Notes: generated from the sequence alone by a model not told the origin. 63,008 nucleotides of DNA from an uncultured Mycoplasmatota bacterium (GCA_947576095.1 CANPPW010000003.1:1-63008), one strand, 5' to 3'. Counted from the stretch's first letter, positions 21,002 to 32,045 are shown. A program made the numbers and translations.

Positions 21002-22438
21002 ATGTTGATAGAAGAGATGGAAGTAGTAGAAATGAAAAATTTAAAAAATTTATATAATAGTAATATTGATATTAATATTACAGGAGTTAGTATTCATTCT
21101 AAAAATACAAAAAAGGGAGATTTATATATTGCTAGAAAAGGATTAAACAGTGATGGAAATTTATTTGTGCAAGAAGCAATCGATCATGGAGCAGTTGCTG
21201 TTGTTTCAGATCGCAATCTTGATATAGATATTCCTCTAATAAAGGTTTTAGATATAAATTCTGCAGTGAGTGAAATCATAGAGTGGTATTATGGGAGTTT
21301 TAACGACTGTTTTCATGTAATTGGAGTAACGGGAACGACAGGTAAAACTTCTGTTTGTTATTACTTAGAACAATTACTAAATCAATTTGATTATACAAGT
21401 TTGATGTGCACAAATTGTGTGAAATGTAACGGAAGTAACCAAACCAAACCCTCTTTGGCACACACAATGTATCCTATCAATGCTATATATCAAAATTTAT
21501 TAAAATTTAGGGAAAAAGAATCGAAAAATGTTGTTTTAGAAGTGACAAGCGAGGGACTTAAACAAAATCGAACTGGAAATTTAATGTTTGATATAGGAGT
21601 ATTAACTAATATTGATATTGCCCATATAGATGCCCATGGAAATATGGAAGATTATATAGAATCAAAGCTAAAAATGTTTAATAAAATCAAAAAAAATGGC
21701 GTAGCAATATTAAATAAGGATAGTAAATATTTTGATAGATTTGAAAAGACTTGTAACTGCTCAGTTTATACATATGGTAAAACGAATGATTGTGATTTAC
21801 AATTTTTTGATGTGAACTATAGTATGGAAGGAACCTCTTTTAAAATTAAATATAAGAATCATATATATTTTTTAAAAACACATTTAATAGGAACAGGAAA
21901 TGTTTATAATATTTGTTCTGTAATTCTAGTAGCCCTAAAATTGGGATATAATATTAAAGATGTAATTCCTAAAGTAGAAAATTTATGCATAAAAGGTAGA
22001 CTAGAAATTATAAAACATAAAAATAGAAACTATGTAATCGATTTTGCTGTTACATCTTACGCATTAAGAACAAATTTAGAATTTTTAAATACAATTAAAA
22101 AGAATAAAATTATTTGTGTAATTTCTAAGTTAGAAGGAAAAGATTCAAATGAATATTATGAATTTGGAAAAATTGCTAATCAATTATGTGATACTGTTAT
22201 CGTTACAACAGACCGAAATAAAACAGGAAAGAGTGAGGCTATAAAGTATATAAGTAGTGAGTTAAAAAGTATATTCTATAAGATAGTTTTAAATCGGGAA
22301 GATGCGATTAAATATGCAATCGATTTATCAGATGGAGATGATATTATCTATATTGTGGGGAGTGAGTATTTCTTTAAAAATGAAAATGAAGAAGCTATAA
22401 ATCCTTATGAAATCATTGAAAAATATAGTAATGAATAA
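21002..22438 (+). CDS. murE: Mur ligase, MurE-like (UDP-MurNAc-L-Ala-D-Glu:amino acid ligase)
   Basis: 478 aa. MurE-like N-terminus (ITGVSIHSKNTKKGDLYIARKG...GAVAVVSD), P-loop GVTGTTGKTS. Start uncertain (ATGs at 21002, 21017 and 21032). Confidence 0.75.
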   Translation: MLIEEMEVVEMKNLKNLYNSNIDINITGVSIHSKNTKKGDLYIARKGLNSDGNLFVQEAIDHGAVAVVSDRNLDIDIPLIKVLDINSAVSEIIEWYYGSFNDCFHVIGVTGTTGKTSVCYYLEQLLNQFDYTSLMCTNCVKCNGSNQTKPSLAHTMYPINAIYQNLLKFREKESKNVVLEVTSEGLKQNRTGNLMFDIGVLTNIDIAHIDAHGNMEDYIESKLKMFNKIKKNGVAILNKDSKYFDRFEKTCNCSVYTYGKTNDCDLQFFDVNYSMEGTSFKIKYKNHIYFLKTHLIGTGNVYNICSVILVALKLGYNIKDVIPKVENLCIKGRLEIIKHKNRNYVIDFAVTSYALRTNLEFLNTIKKNKIICVISKLEGKDSNEYYEFGKIANQLCDTVIVTTDRNKTGKSEAIKYISSELKSIFYKIVLNREDAIKYAIDLSDGDDIIYIVGSEYFFKNENEEAINPYEIIEKYSNE

Positions 22439-22455
22439 AAAAATTGAACAAGTGT

Positions 22456-22486
22456 AAGCCAGGATCCTATCAATACTGGCTTTTTC
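22456..22486 (+). terminator. Possible terminator after murE
   Basis: aagccag ... ctggctt, a 7-bp stem with a 13-nt loop, followed by ttttt. Confidence 0.4.
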
Positions 22487-22754
22487 TATTTGTAAGAAAA
22501 AAGCACATTTACGTTTCCATTAACATAAGATAATATATAAATATGGTTTAGAAAATAAGCCTTTTTTTTCGTGTATAAAAATCTCAAAATGAAACTTTTC
22601 ATCAGAAACAAAAAAATGAATGTAAACATGTATGATTTATTTACATTTTTACTTGAAAATGTTTCCAAAAAGAGTTAATATCATTATTGTAAAAAATGCT
22701 TGCATATTTAAATTATTTGTAGTACAATAGCCACCAAAAAAAGGAGTGAAGTTT

Positions 22755-25700
22755 ATGAAAAATCCAAAAAACATATTTAAATTTGATATAAAAGATAAAT
22801 TAATTTTAGTAGGGATAGTATCATTACTCTCAATATGTATGATAGGGTTAAGTAGTCAACTTATAAAACAAGATATAGAATTATCAAAATCCTCTTATGA
22901 TTATTTAGCATATAACAAAGGGGATGTTCGATATCTATCAGACTTGGATTTTATTACTGATAATAACTGGTCTTATAACGGTTGGTCAGGACATGAAATT
23001 CAAAAGGATAAAAACCAAGATGAAGGGACATTGAGTTTAATCATTGATGGTGAAAGACGATACTTTACTAAAGGTATAAGTATTCATGGGAAAGGTCAAG
23101 CGACTTTCGATATTTCAGAACTATCAACCTCCTTTCCACGTTTTATTGCGAAAATAGGAGTAGATGCAGCACGAGGAAACAATGGAAATATTTGGATTCA
23201 GATTCTTGTATCAAATAATGGTAGCAAATGGACATCGCTATTAAAAACAGGAAATATGAATGGTAACACAAATGCTGTAGATGTTGATGTAAATGTTGAA
23301 GGTTATAAATACTTGAGAATATATGTTGATCCGATTGGAAGTAACGCGGCCGATCATGGTACAATAGCTAACGCAAGGTTAGTAAAACAGGATTTTGATA
23401 AGAATGCACCTGCATTTGATAAAGTGAAACCAGATCAATATTATGATGAAATTTTACGTATTAAAGATAAAGATTACAACTATGAAAATAACTATAGACA
23501 AATACTTGAGAGAGAATTTGTAAGAAAAATTGGCTATTGGAATATTCAAGAAATTGCAGATCATACTGAAGGTATGCGTGAGACATTAGAGTGGATTTTA
23601 AGTGAAGATGAAAGACTTGAACAAATAATCGAAGTGGGTGAAATTTCTAACAGTTTAACTTTTATGAATATCATAAATGATCTATATATTAGAAATAAAG
23701 AAGCACTGAAAACAGAAAAAGGTTATGTATACCAAAAAATGATGATTGGACTTGCTGCAGCATATTCTACAGATAGAGTCATTTCACCGCTTTCATTCGG
23801 TTTTTTAGGAACATCTTATGATTATGTAGAACGATTTACTTTAATGAAAAAATTATTTGATGAGAATAAACTAAAAAGAGTTAAAACAAATGCTTTGGCT
23901 GGTGAATTTGTTAAGAATGATTGGTTTAAAGATTATCATGTTCAATTAATGCGTATGGTTATGCAAGATGGTACCAGTAATGTAGATCTTATGTGGCTTA
24001 ATGGATATACAAATGAAAAACAAAGTTTAAGTTTTTATATGATTCCTTATATTTCGCCAAATTATAATCAAGCAAGATTCTATGATGAAACCAATAGGGA
24101 ATTATATGATGGAAAGTATTTTCTGAGTAAATATAATGTGCCTTATGGTATCAGAGTTCAAAGATATTGGATGGTTATTGAAGGTGGAGGAATCTGTTGG
24201 AACGCATCCCGTTTTGGGCAAAGTATGAATCGTGTTAATGGTATTCCAGCAACAGGTGCATATCAACCTGGACATGAATTATATATCCATTATTATCAAG
24301 ATAATAATGGAAATGGTTATTGGACACCCCGATATGGTAACTGGGGAAATGCTGGTAGTACTTGGGGTGGTAGTAACCGCTATCGCTATATATTTGATTG
24401 GGGCAATAAATATTTTACTGATCAAAAAATTAGTGGTTCTAAAGGTGCAACAAGTACAGGCTATTTATATCTAGGTCAGGAAAATTTAAATAATTATGAC
24501 AAATATAAAAAGTCATTATATTATAATTTAATTGCTAATTCTTACACAGATGATAATAAAAAGCTTGAAACATATTTTAAATCTTTAGAGATTAATAATT
24601 TAAACTTAGATACTTATGATTATATAATCTCGCTTTATAAGAAAATGAGTGTTAAAAATGAAGGTGGAATAATAACATCAAATGATTGGTACACTCTAGC
24701 AAACAAGATAATTGAATCATATACTTATTATCCTGTAGCAATGTTTGATTTACTAAAAGTTATAAGACCATATTTAGAAGGTGGTCATAGATTAGATATA
24801 GATAGACTTGAAAAAGAGGCTTTAACCAAGGCTACCACGGCTTCTGCGAGTGTTACAAATTCAGTTGATGGTACCAGAACACACGCTAGACAACTTTTAG
24901 GAAAGACTCAACCTGATCCAGTGTCATTTTCATTTGATGGGACTAATGCTGGTAAAATAGTCAAAAATCCTAACTATTCCCTTGCTTGGGGATATAGTTT
25001 AGATGGTGGTAAAACTTTTACTGATTTTAAAATAGATGATTCAATTACTTTGAGTCAAGAGGAATTAGAAAGTATTACTGCTGAAAACGACATTATTGTT
25101 AATTTCATGGGATTAACTTATACATTTAGAATTGATATTACTAAGGGTACAGTAGATAATAATTTGTTTGCAAATGATTTAGAAAATAGAGTTGTAGGTA
25201 TAACTTTAAATTATGAATGGAGAAACAATGAAAACGATACTTGGACTTCATATAAAGATGCCTCTCCAGATAATACAGGAAATAAAACATTATATGTAAG
25301 AAAAGTAGCGTCAGGAACGCAACTTACAAGTGATACCGCAACTTATACTTTTACAGAAGATAATCAACCAAATACGAGAAAATATGTACCAGTATCACAT
25401 TTGAGCATTGAAGCAGTATCAACAGAAGCTACAAGCAATGGAGGAGCTGCTATATATGCTATTGACGGAAACTATAATACCAGATGGCATAGTGCTTGGA
25501 ATGGATCTGATACACAAAGATTTATAACAATAAAATTAGATAAAAAAAGATTTGTTTCTGCAGTTGAGTTTGTACCTGCAGGAGGAGGAAATGGGAAAAT
25601 ATATGACGGAACCATTTGGGGAAGCGCAGATGGTGAGAACTGGGAAATACTATCAAAAAAAACCGGATTAACTTACACCAATAAAGCTGATACAATAGCA

Positions 25701-27173
25701 CAAGCAATTCAAAATACAAAAAGTTTTGAAATAGAAGACCCAAAAGAAGTACAATATATAAAAATAGTTGCAGATAGAACAAATGGCAATTGGTTTACAG
25801 CTCGTAATTTCAATATTTTCCAAGATCTAACAAAAAATCCACGCCCAACTGCTGGTATAGGATATAGTGAAACAGATCCTACAACTAACAATGTAGTAGC
25901 AAGATTAGTAAATCCAAGTACCAATATTACAATTACAAACAATGGTGGAAGTGATACCTATACCTTTACTGAAAACGGAGAATTTACATTTGAATTTGTT
26001 GATGAGAAAGGTACTAAAGGTACAAGTACTGCTAAAGTAGATTGGATTGATAGAAAATCCCCAACTGCCACTATTGAATATAGTACAAATTCCTCTACCA
26101 ATCAAACAGTTGTCGCAACCTTAAAACCAAGTGAAGATGTTATCGTTACAAATAATGGTGAGTACATGGTGGATGATGATGGAAATATTCTTGATAAAGA
26201 TGGAAATATTATGAATGGATACACAGTGGATGATGATGGAAATGTTAAAGATACGAGTGGTAGTATAATTGCTAACATCAATACATTCACTTATGAATTC
26301 TTATCAAATGGAGAATTTACATTTGAGTTTATGGATAGAGCTGGTAACAAGGGAAGTGCTACAGCTAAAGTTACTTGGATTGATCATGATGTTCCGAATG
26401 CTACACTAACATATAATATACCAACTTTTACCAACCAAAATGTTACAGTGACTGTAGAATTTGATGAGGATGTAATTGTTATGAATAATGATGGAAAATC
26501 CTCATATACTTTCACTGATAATGGTGAATTCACATTCTATTTTAAAGATTTAGCTGGAAATACAAATAGCATAACTGCTAAAGTAAATTGGATCGATAAA
26601 GTAGCTCCAACAGCTGAGTTAAAATATGAAAGAATTGGTAATAAAGTTATCGTTTATGTTGTCAATCCTAGTAAGACTATCACTTTCCAAAATGGAAATG
26701 GTATTTATGAATTTACTGCTAATGGTCATTATGATATTTTATTCTATGATAAATTAGGGAATATGGGTAAATTAACAGCTATTATTAATGGTCTAAAAGA
26801 TAATACACAAAATAATCATACAGGAAGTACTGGAGGAAACAGTAATCTTGGAAATAGTACAATTACTAGTAAGGAAAATTACACATCTTTTAATAATATG
26901 AATGATAAAGAATCTACCCAAATTACCGAACCAGATAATCAAGAGTCTGAACAGAGAGACGAAAATAACAAGATAGATGATGAAACTCAAAGTGACATGA
27001 ATATAACAGATAAACAAAATAAAAAACTTGATGATAAAGATATTAAGAAAACTGAAAAAAGTATTCAAACAGAAAAAGCGAAGATTAATTACAATATTCT
27101 TATAGTAATTTTAACAGCTTTAGGAATTATCATTATGAGTATTGTCATTGTTAAAAAAAGAGAAAAAATTTAA
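22755..27173 (+). CDS. Giant membrane-anchored surface protein (NPCBM-like + transglutaminase-like core + F5/8 type C + Ig-like repeats)
   Basis: AAAGGAG RBS 9 nt before the ATG at 22755 (the track starts at GTG 22746). N-terminal TM or signal anchor. NPCBM-like module (YLSDL...GWSGHEIQKD...ISIHGKG...). Cys/His core GGICWNASRFG...GIPATGAYQPGHELYIHY. Discoidin-like AIDGNYNTRWHSAW. Four repeats. Acidic stalk and C-terminal TM. Confidence 0.8.
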   Translation: MKNPKNIFKFDIKDKLILVGIVSLLSICMIGLSSQLIKQDIELSKSSYDYLAYNKGDVRYLSDLDFITDNNWSYNGWSGHEIQKDKNQDEGTLSLIIDGERRYFTKGISIHGKGQATFDISELSTSFPRFIAKIGVDAARGNNGNIWIQILVSNNGSKWTSLLKTGNMNGNTNAVDVDVNVEGYKYLRIYVDPIGSNAADHGTIANARLVKQDFDKNAPAFDKVKPDQYYDEILRIKDKDYNYENNYRQILEREFVRKIGYWNIQEIADHTEGMRETLEWILSEDERLEQIIEVGEISNSLTFMNIINDLYIRNKEALKTEKGYVYQKMMIGLAAAYSTDRVISPLSFGFLGTSYDYVERFTLMKKLFDENKLKRVKTNALAGEFVKNDWFKDYHVQLMRMVMQDGTSNVDLMWLNGYTNEKQSLSFYMIPYISPNYNQARFYDETNRELYDGKYFLSKYNVPYGIRVQRYWMVIEGGGICWNASRFGQSMNRVNGIPATGAYQPGHELYIHYYQDNNGNGYWTPRYGNWGNAGSTWGGSNRYRYIFDWGNKYFTDQKISGSKGATSTGYLYLGQENLNNYDKYKKSLYYNLIANSYTDDNKKLETYFKSLEINNLNLDTYDYIISLYKKMSVKNEGGIITSNDWYTLANKIIESYTYYPVAMFDLLKVIRPYLEGGHRLDIDRLEKEALTKATTASASVTNSVDGTRTHARQLLGKTQPDPVSFSFDGTNAGKIVKNPNYSLAWGYSLDGGKTFTDFKIDDSITLSQEELESITAENDIIVNFMGLTYTFRIDITKGTVDNNLFANDLENRVVGITLNYEWRNNENDTWTSYKDASPDNTGNKTLYVRKVASGTQLTSDTATYTFTEDNQPNTRKYVPVSHLSIEAVSTEATSNGGAAIYAIDGNYNTRWHSAWNGSDTQRFITIKLDKKRFVSAVEFVPAGGGNGKIYDGTIWGSADGENWEILSKKTGLTYTNKADTIAQAIQNTKSFEIEDPKEVQYIKIVADRTNGNWFTARNFNIFQDLTKNPRPTAGIGYSETDPTTNNVVARLVNPSTNITITNNGGSDTYTFTENGEFTFEFVDEKGTKGTSTAKVDWIDRKSPTATIEYSTNSSTNQTVVATLKPSEDVIVTNNGEYMVDDDGNILDKDGNIMNGYTVDDDGNVKDTSGSIIANINTFTYEFLSNGEFTFEFMDRAGNKGSATAKVTWIDHDVPNATLTYNIPTFTNQNVTVTVEFDEDVIVMNNDGKSSYTFTDNGEFTFYFKDLAGNTNSITAKVNWIDKVAPTAELKYERIGNKVIVYVVNPSKTITFQNGNGIYEFTANGHYDILFYDKLGNMGKLTAIINGLKDNTQNNHTGSTGGNSNLGNSTITSKENYTSFNNMNDKESTQITEPDNQESEQRDENNKIDDETQSDMNITDKQNKKLDDKDIKKTEKSIQTEKAKINYNILIVILTALGIIIMSIVIVKKREKI
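25861..26790 (+). repeat. Four tandem coding repeats (Ig-like modules) inside the surface protein
   Basis: Recurrent Y(T/E)FT.NGEFTF.F.D.AGN....TAKV.WID...P blocks around 25958, 26283, 26503 and 26701. Confidence 0.75.
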
Positions 27174-27189
27174 TTTATATAATACAATA

Positions 27190-27224
27190 AAAGTAGATAG
27201 AGAATACTCTTTTCTACTTTTTAT
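27190..27224 (+). terminator. Terminator after the surface-protein gene
   Basis: aaagtaga ... tctacttt, an 8-bp stem running into a T-tract. Confidence 0.5.
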
Positions 27225-27408
27225 TATATGGAATTAAAGAAAAGTTATTGAACAATATAATGATTAAGAAAAAATGTCTTATCGTATAAAAATATTATAT
27301 AAGTAAAAACGATCTCTGTTGGTTTTAAATTTAATACATAGTGTTTGATTAATATATTGATGATTTATAATTATGAATAGTTTAATCTAATTTAGGAGAA
27401 AATAAAAT

Positions 27409-28064
27409 ATGAATAAAATAATTGGAATTATAAAAGATAAAAGTGATTTAGTCATTCGTGTAACAAATGATAATATAATAAATGTTACTGGAATGATGGG
27501 TTCAGGAAAAACCACATTAGGAAAAAAATAAATCAAGAAAGAAATATTGAAATAATAAGTTTAAATTGGCTATTTGGATATAGTATAGCCAATAGACCAG
27601 ATAAAATGAATACATTAATTAAAGAACTTGAGAAAAAATATACAGAAACAAAAGATCAAAATATTTTTAAGTATGTATATTGTAATAAAAAAGATAAGGA
27701 AATAGAAAAAAACTATTATAAATATGCAGGTAAAATATACGAATATTTATTACAAAGTTATGAAAAACAGCCAGTTATAATAGAAGGAAGTCATATATAT
27801 AAATATATAAAATTAGGAGATATAAAAGGAACATTAATTATAAAGAGGACAAGTTTGATACATTCGTATAAAAGAGCTTTTAATAGAGATATTCCAAAAC
27901 TTTGGGGGATGTATAAAAGTGGAAAAATAGAAATAAAACAAGTTAAACGAAAGTTTTTAAACAGAATAAAGCTTCCTATTAAAGATTATAAGCAAATAAA
28001 TAGATTTATTAAAGAAGCGATGTTATTAAATAAGACAAGAATGGAGAAATATAATGAACAATGA
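27409..28064 (+). pseudogene. P-loop kinase-like gene split by a frameshift in an A7 run
   Basis: A 40-codon ORF (27409-27531) ends ...GMMGSGKTTLGKK*. The 27606-28064 ORF's frame is open back to 27513. One extra A in ggaaaaaaataa (27520-27531) would fuse them as ...TTLGKKINQERNIEIISLNW.... Confidence 0.65.
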
Positions 28065-28407
28065 TGACTATAAAAAAACTTTAGATAATATTAGGAATGT
28101 ATTAACAGATAATATCAAATCTATGAATTATATAGATACTAGTAGAATGTCAAAAAAGGAAAAGTATAATTTAATAATAGAATTACAAAACCAGATTCAT
28201 CATTTACAAATCGAACTGCTAATAAGAAAGTCCGTTGATCAAAGATATATAAATGGATTAATTCAAAGTAGATATGATGAAATTATGAAATTGCTTCATA
28301 ATCCAATATTAACCCTGCCAAGTGGAAAACAAATAGAATTTAGTTCTTTATCACCAGAACAATTAGAATATTTAGAGAGCCTATCTGTAAAATCAAAGAA
28401 AATTTAA
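28054..28407 (+). CDS. Hypothetical coiled-coil protein
   Basis: 117-aa ORF overlapping the preceding gene by 11 nt. No recognisable domain. Confidence 0.45.
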   Translation: MNNDDYKKTLDNIRNVLTDNIKSMNYIDTSRMSKKEKYNLIIELQNQIHHLQIELLIRKSVDQRYINGLIQSRYDEIMKLLHNPILTLPSGKQIEFSSLSPEQLEYLESLSVKSKKI

Positions 28408-28823
28408 AAAGAATATCAAGTGAAAAGATAATGAAATGTAGGTATTATTGTGCCTATGAAAAATCAAAGGGTAAAGAATTTTATAGAAGATATTATCTAA
28501 AACTTATCAAGGGTATCTTAAAAAATGTTATTCGAAATCGACTTGTATCATTGTGTTATTCAATAAAAAAGAATCTACTATTTAATGGATAGTGATGATT
28601 AGATAGCAAAACGGTTTGAACATAGTGAAAGAGGCCATCTTTTAGGTGTTGGTTGGTTTGCCCTCGTATAGGGAATTTATATCACATATTTTATGCATAG
28701 TTATGATTAGGTATTATATCAAATTTCTTACGAAGAATATTTGCTATTTTTCTCTGTTCTTTAATGCATTTTTTTCTTTTTATAATATTTGTGTTATAAT
28801 TAATAAAACTTAAGAGGGATAAT

Positions 28824-29342
28824 ATGGAGATTATAGATTTATTCATCGATAAAGATAAAAAAGATTACAAATGTTATTCAGAGTTGACAAGATTATTAGA
28901 TGAGAATCAAGACTTCAAGGAAGTTATTATTTCCGGTTTGATCAAAGGAAAAATTAGGGGATTTGATGAGAAATTATGGCATGAAATATGTTCCTAGAAT
29001 ATTAGAAGAATTCATAGTTTCGAAAATGTATTTATAGATGGTACGAATATAGGATATTGTACAGTTACGGCAAAACAATTAAGTTATTCATTAGATGATT
29101 GTTATATATGTGGGGGTTCTCTTCCATTATTAAAGAACACAAAAAATTGTAAAGACGGTAGTCATACATGGATTTTATATAATAATGAGGTTATAGATAC
29201 AACATTAATGCTGATTATAAGTCATAATTATATAGAAAAAATAGGATATTTGGAAGAGAATCGATATAATCCAAATCTTAATCCTATTTATTTAGAAGCA
29301 AAATCTTTTACTAGAGATACTAGTACTAAGAGAAAAAGATAA
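28824..29342 (+). pseudogene. Transglutaminase/papain-like Cys-His-Asp fold gene interrupted by one in-frame TAG
   Basis: The 173-codon frame is open apart from TAG at 28995-28997. Downstream part reads ...NIGYCTVTAKQL...DGSHTWILYNNEVIDTT..., a Cys...His...Asp arrangement. Confidence 0.55.
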
Positions 29343-29544
29343 AAAGTAAAATAATGATTTATGGGAAGCATAAAACCAAAAATATAATAAAGGAAAAGGT
29401 CTTTTTAATCCGAGTGATTTTCACAATATGATTAATAATTTTTTTCTATTTTCATAGAGTTACAAATTACAAAGCAATGTTAGTAATCACTTTTTTTTAT
29501 GTATAGAAATGATTTACTTATAAAGTAATTTTTACTATTTAATT

Positions 29545-29810
29545 ATGTTTAAATTAGTATCAAAATATAAGCTAAGACTAATCACAAGTCATAGAAAAGT
29601 TAGCAGAGAAAATTCATAATGATAGGAAACACCAGATTTTACTTGGCATAACAGGTACAGAAAAAACTTTACAATTGCAATATTATCCAAAAGGTGAATA
29701 AACCAACGCTTGTTCTTACCCATAATAAAACACTTGTAGGTCAATTTTATTCAGAATTAAAAGAACTATTTTCAGCAGATCATATTTGCCATTTCGTTTC
29801 TTATTATATT
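29545..29810 (+). pseudogene. Decayed partial duplicate of the uvrB 5' end
   Basis: atgtttaaattagtatcaaaatataagc...ttttacttgg.ataacaggtacagaaaaaac... aligns collinearly by eye with 30084-30355 of the intact uvrB. It has many substitutions, small indels and stops. Confidence 0.85.
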
Positions 29811-29839
29811 ACCATAAAAACGCTTAAAATAATTACGAG

Positions 29840-29871
29840 GGAAACATGTAGATGTTTCCTTGTTTTGTTTT
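29840..29871 (+). terminator. Rho-independent terminator between the uvrB relic and intact uvrB
   Basis: ggaaacat gtag atgtttcc followed by ttgttttgtttt. Confidence 0.6.
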
Positions 29872-30083
29872 AAAGTAAGTGTTAAAATATATTATTAGAA
29901 ATCAACTTATATGATTTAGTGTTATTTAGTATTTTTCAGTAAATTGTGACCTTTATTTGTCCTCCTCAATGAAAAGTTAACTATTGACCAGTTAAATTTA
30001 TTACTTAGGGACGAATTTAAAATTATTAGAGACTAATAATCTAGCTGAGAGTAATCATAATAGAAATGAACGGAGGAGCTAAA

Positions 30084-32045
30084 ATGTTTGAATTAGTATC
30101 AAAATATAAGCCAAGCGGAGACCAACCACAAGCCATAGAAAAGTTAGTAGAAGGAATTAATAATGACAAGAAGCACCAAATTTTACTTGGTGCAACAGGT
30201 ACAGGAAAAACATTTACCATAGCAAACGTGATAAAAGAGGTAAATAAGCCTACACTGGTTCTTGCTCATAACAAAACATTAGCAGGTCAGCTTTATTCAG
30301 AATTTAAAGAATTATTTCCTAATAACCATGTAGAGTATTTTGTCTCGTATTATGATTATTATCAACCAGAAGCATATGTTGCAAAAACAGATACATATAT
30401 TGAAAAAGATGCGTCTATTAATGATGAGATAGATGAACTGAGACATTCTGCCACAGCATCTTTATTATCTCATAGAGATGTAATCGTTGTTTGTTCTGTT
30501 TCTTGTATATATGGTATAGGTGAATTTGAAGAATATAGAAAGAAAACCATTACATTAAAAGAAGGGGAAGAAGTAGAGAGAGATCAAATCTTAGAAAAAT
30601 TAGTAGAAATGATGTATGAAAGAAATAATATGGATTTAAAAAGAGGATCTTTTAGAGTTCGGGGGGATATTTTAGAAATTATGCCAATTGGTTGGCATGG
30701 TAAAGGAATTAGAATTGATTTTTTTGGAGACGAAATTGATAAAATATATGAGTTTGATACTTTAACAGGTTCCATTTTGACAGAAAAAAAGAGTATTACA
30801 ATTTTTCCTGCTAGTCACTTTGTAACAAGTGAAGAAAAATTAAAAATAGCGATTCAAAATATAAAAAAAGAACTTGCAGAGAGACTTGAATATTTTAAAA
30901 AAGAAAATAAACTTTTAGAACATCAAAGATTAATGGAAAGAACAAATTATGATATAGAAATGCTTTCTGAAACTGGCTTCTGTAGAGGGGTTGAAAATTA
31001 TTCTAGACATCTTGCTTTAAAAAAAGAAGGAGATACTCCTACGACCCTAATAGACTTTTTTCAAAATGATTTTTTACTAGTGATAGATGAATCTCATGTG
31101 ACAATTCCTCAAGTAAAAGCAATGTATAATGGAGATCAAGCAAGAAAAAGTGTATTAGTCGATTATGGTTTTAGATTACCTAGTGCTAAAGATAATAGAC
31201 CATTAACTTTTGCAGAATTTGAAAAAAAAGAAGATCATGTCATTTACGTTTCAGCTACTCCAGGAGATTATGAAAAGGAAAAAACAAATACGATTATTGA
31301 ACAAATTATTCGTCCAACAGGACTTTTAGATCCAGTAATAGAAGTAAAACCAATGAAGGGCCAAATAGATGATTTAGTAAAACAAATTTATAAGAGAAAA
31401 GAAAAGAATGAAAGAGTTCTTGTGACAACACTTACCATTCGAATGGCAGAAGAGTTAACTGATTATTTAAAAAAATTAGATATAAAAGCTTGTTATTTAC
31501 ACAATGAAATAAAAACTTTTGAAAGACTTCGAATTATTCGTGATTTACGTCTTGGTAAATATGATGTTGTTGTAGGAATTAACCTACTAAGAGAAGGAAT
31601 AGATATACCTGAGGTGAGTTTAATTGCCATTATGGATGCTGATAAACAAGGATTTTTAAGAAGTGAACGAAGTTTAATACAAACGATTGGTAGAGCAGCT
31701 AGAAATGAAAATGGTCATGTTATTATGTATGCAGATACTGTTAGTGATGCTATGAATATTGCTATAAAAGAAACAGAAAGAAGAAGAAACATTCAGATTC
31801 AATATAATGAAAAATATCATATTATCCCTAAAACTGTTAAAAAAGAAATTCGTGAACTTATTAGTAATAATAAAGAAGTCGAAGAAAAAATAGATGTAAG
31901 TTTAAGTAAAGAAGAAAAACAAAAAATGATCCTAAAAATAGAAAATGAAATGAAAGAATCTGCAAAAAATCTTGATTTTGAAAGAGCTATGGAACTTAGA
32001 GATATTTTATATGAATTAAAGGAAAGAAAAAATGGTAAAGTTTAA
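30084..32045 (+). CDS. uvrB: Excinuclease ABC subunit B
   Basis: GGAGG RBS before the ATG at 30084 ([15 protein letters not shown]). Walker [19 protein letters not shown], helicase motifs, C-terminal UVR domain ([11 protein letters not shown]). Confidence 0.96.
   Translation: MFELVSKYKPSGDQPQAIEKLVEGINNDKKHQILLGATGTGKTFTIANVIKEVNKPTLVLAHNKTLAGQLYSEFKELFPNNHVEYFVSYYDYYQPEAYVAKTDTYIEKDASINDEIDELRHSATASLLSHRDVIVVCSVSCIYGIGEFEEYRKKTITLKEGEEVERDQILEKLVEMMYERNNMDLKRGSFRVRGDILEIMPIGWHGKGIRIDFFGDEIDKIYEFDTLTGSILTEKKSITIFPASHFVTSEEKLKIAIQNIKKELAERLEYFKKENKLLEHQRLMERTNYDIEMLSETGFCRGVENYSRHLALKKEGDTPTTLIDFFQNDFLLVIDESHVTIPQVKAMYNGDQARKSVLVDYGFRLPSAKDNRPLTFAEFEKKEDHVIYVSATPGDYEKEKTNTIIEQIIRPTGLLDPVIEVKPMKGQIDDLVKQIYKRKEKNERVLVTTLTIRMAEELTDYLKKLDIKACYLHNEIKTFERLRIIRDLRLGKYDVVVGINLLREGIDIPEVSLIAIMDADKQGFLRSERSLIQTIGRAARNENGHVIMYADTVSDAMNIAIKETERRRNIQIQYNEKYHIIPKTVKKEIRELISNNKEVEEKIDVSLSKEEKQKMILKIENEMKESAKNLDFERAMELRDILYELKERKNGKV

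Noticed and set aside
28440-28700. Possible glycosyltransferase family 2 remnant (IIVPMKNQ... and ...YYLMDSDD*IAKRFE)
   Set aside because: Only two short motif-like strings appear in a stop-riddled stretch. This is too weak to call without a profile search.
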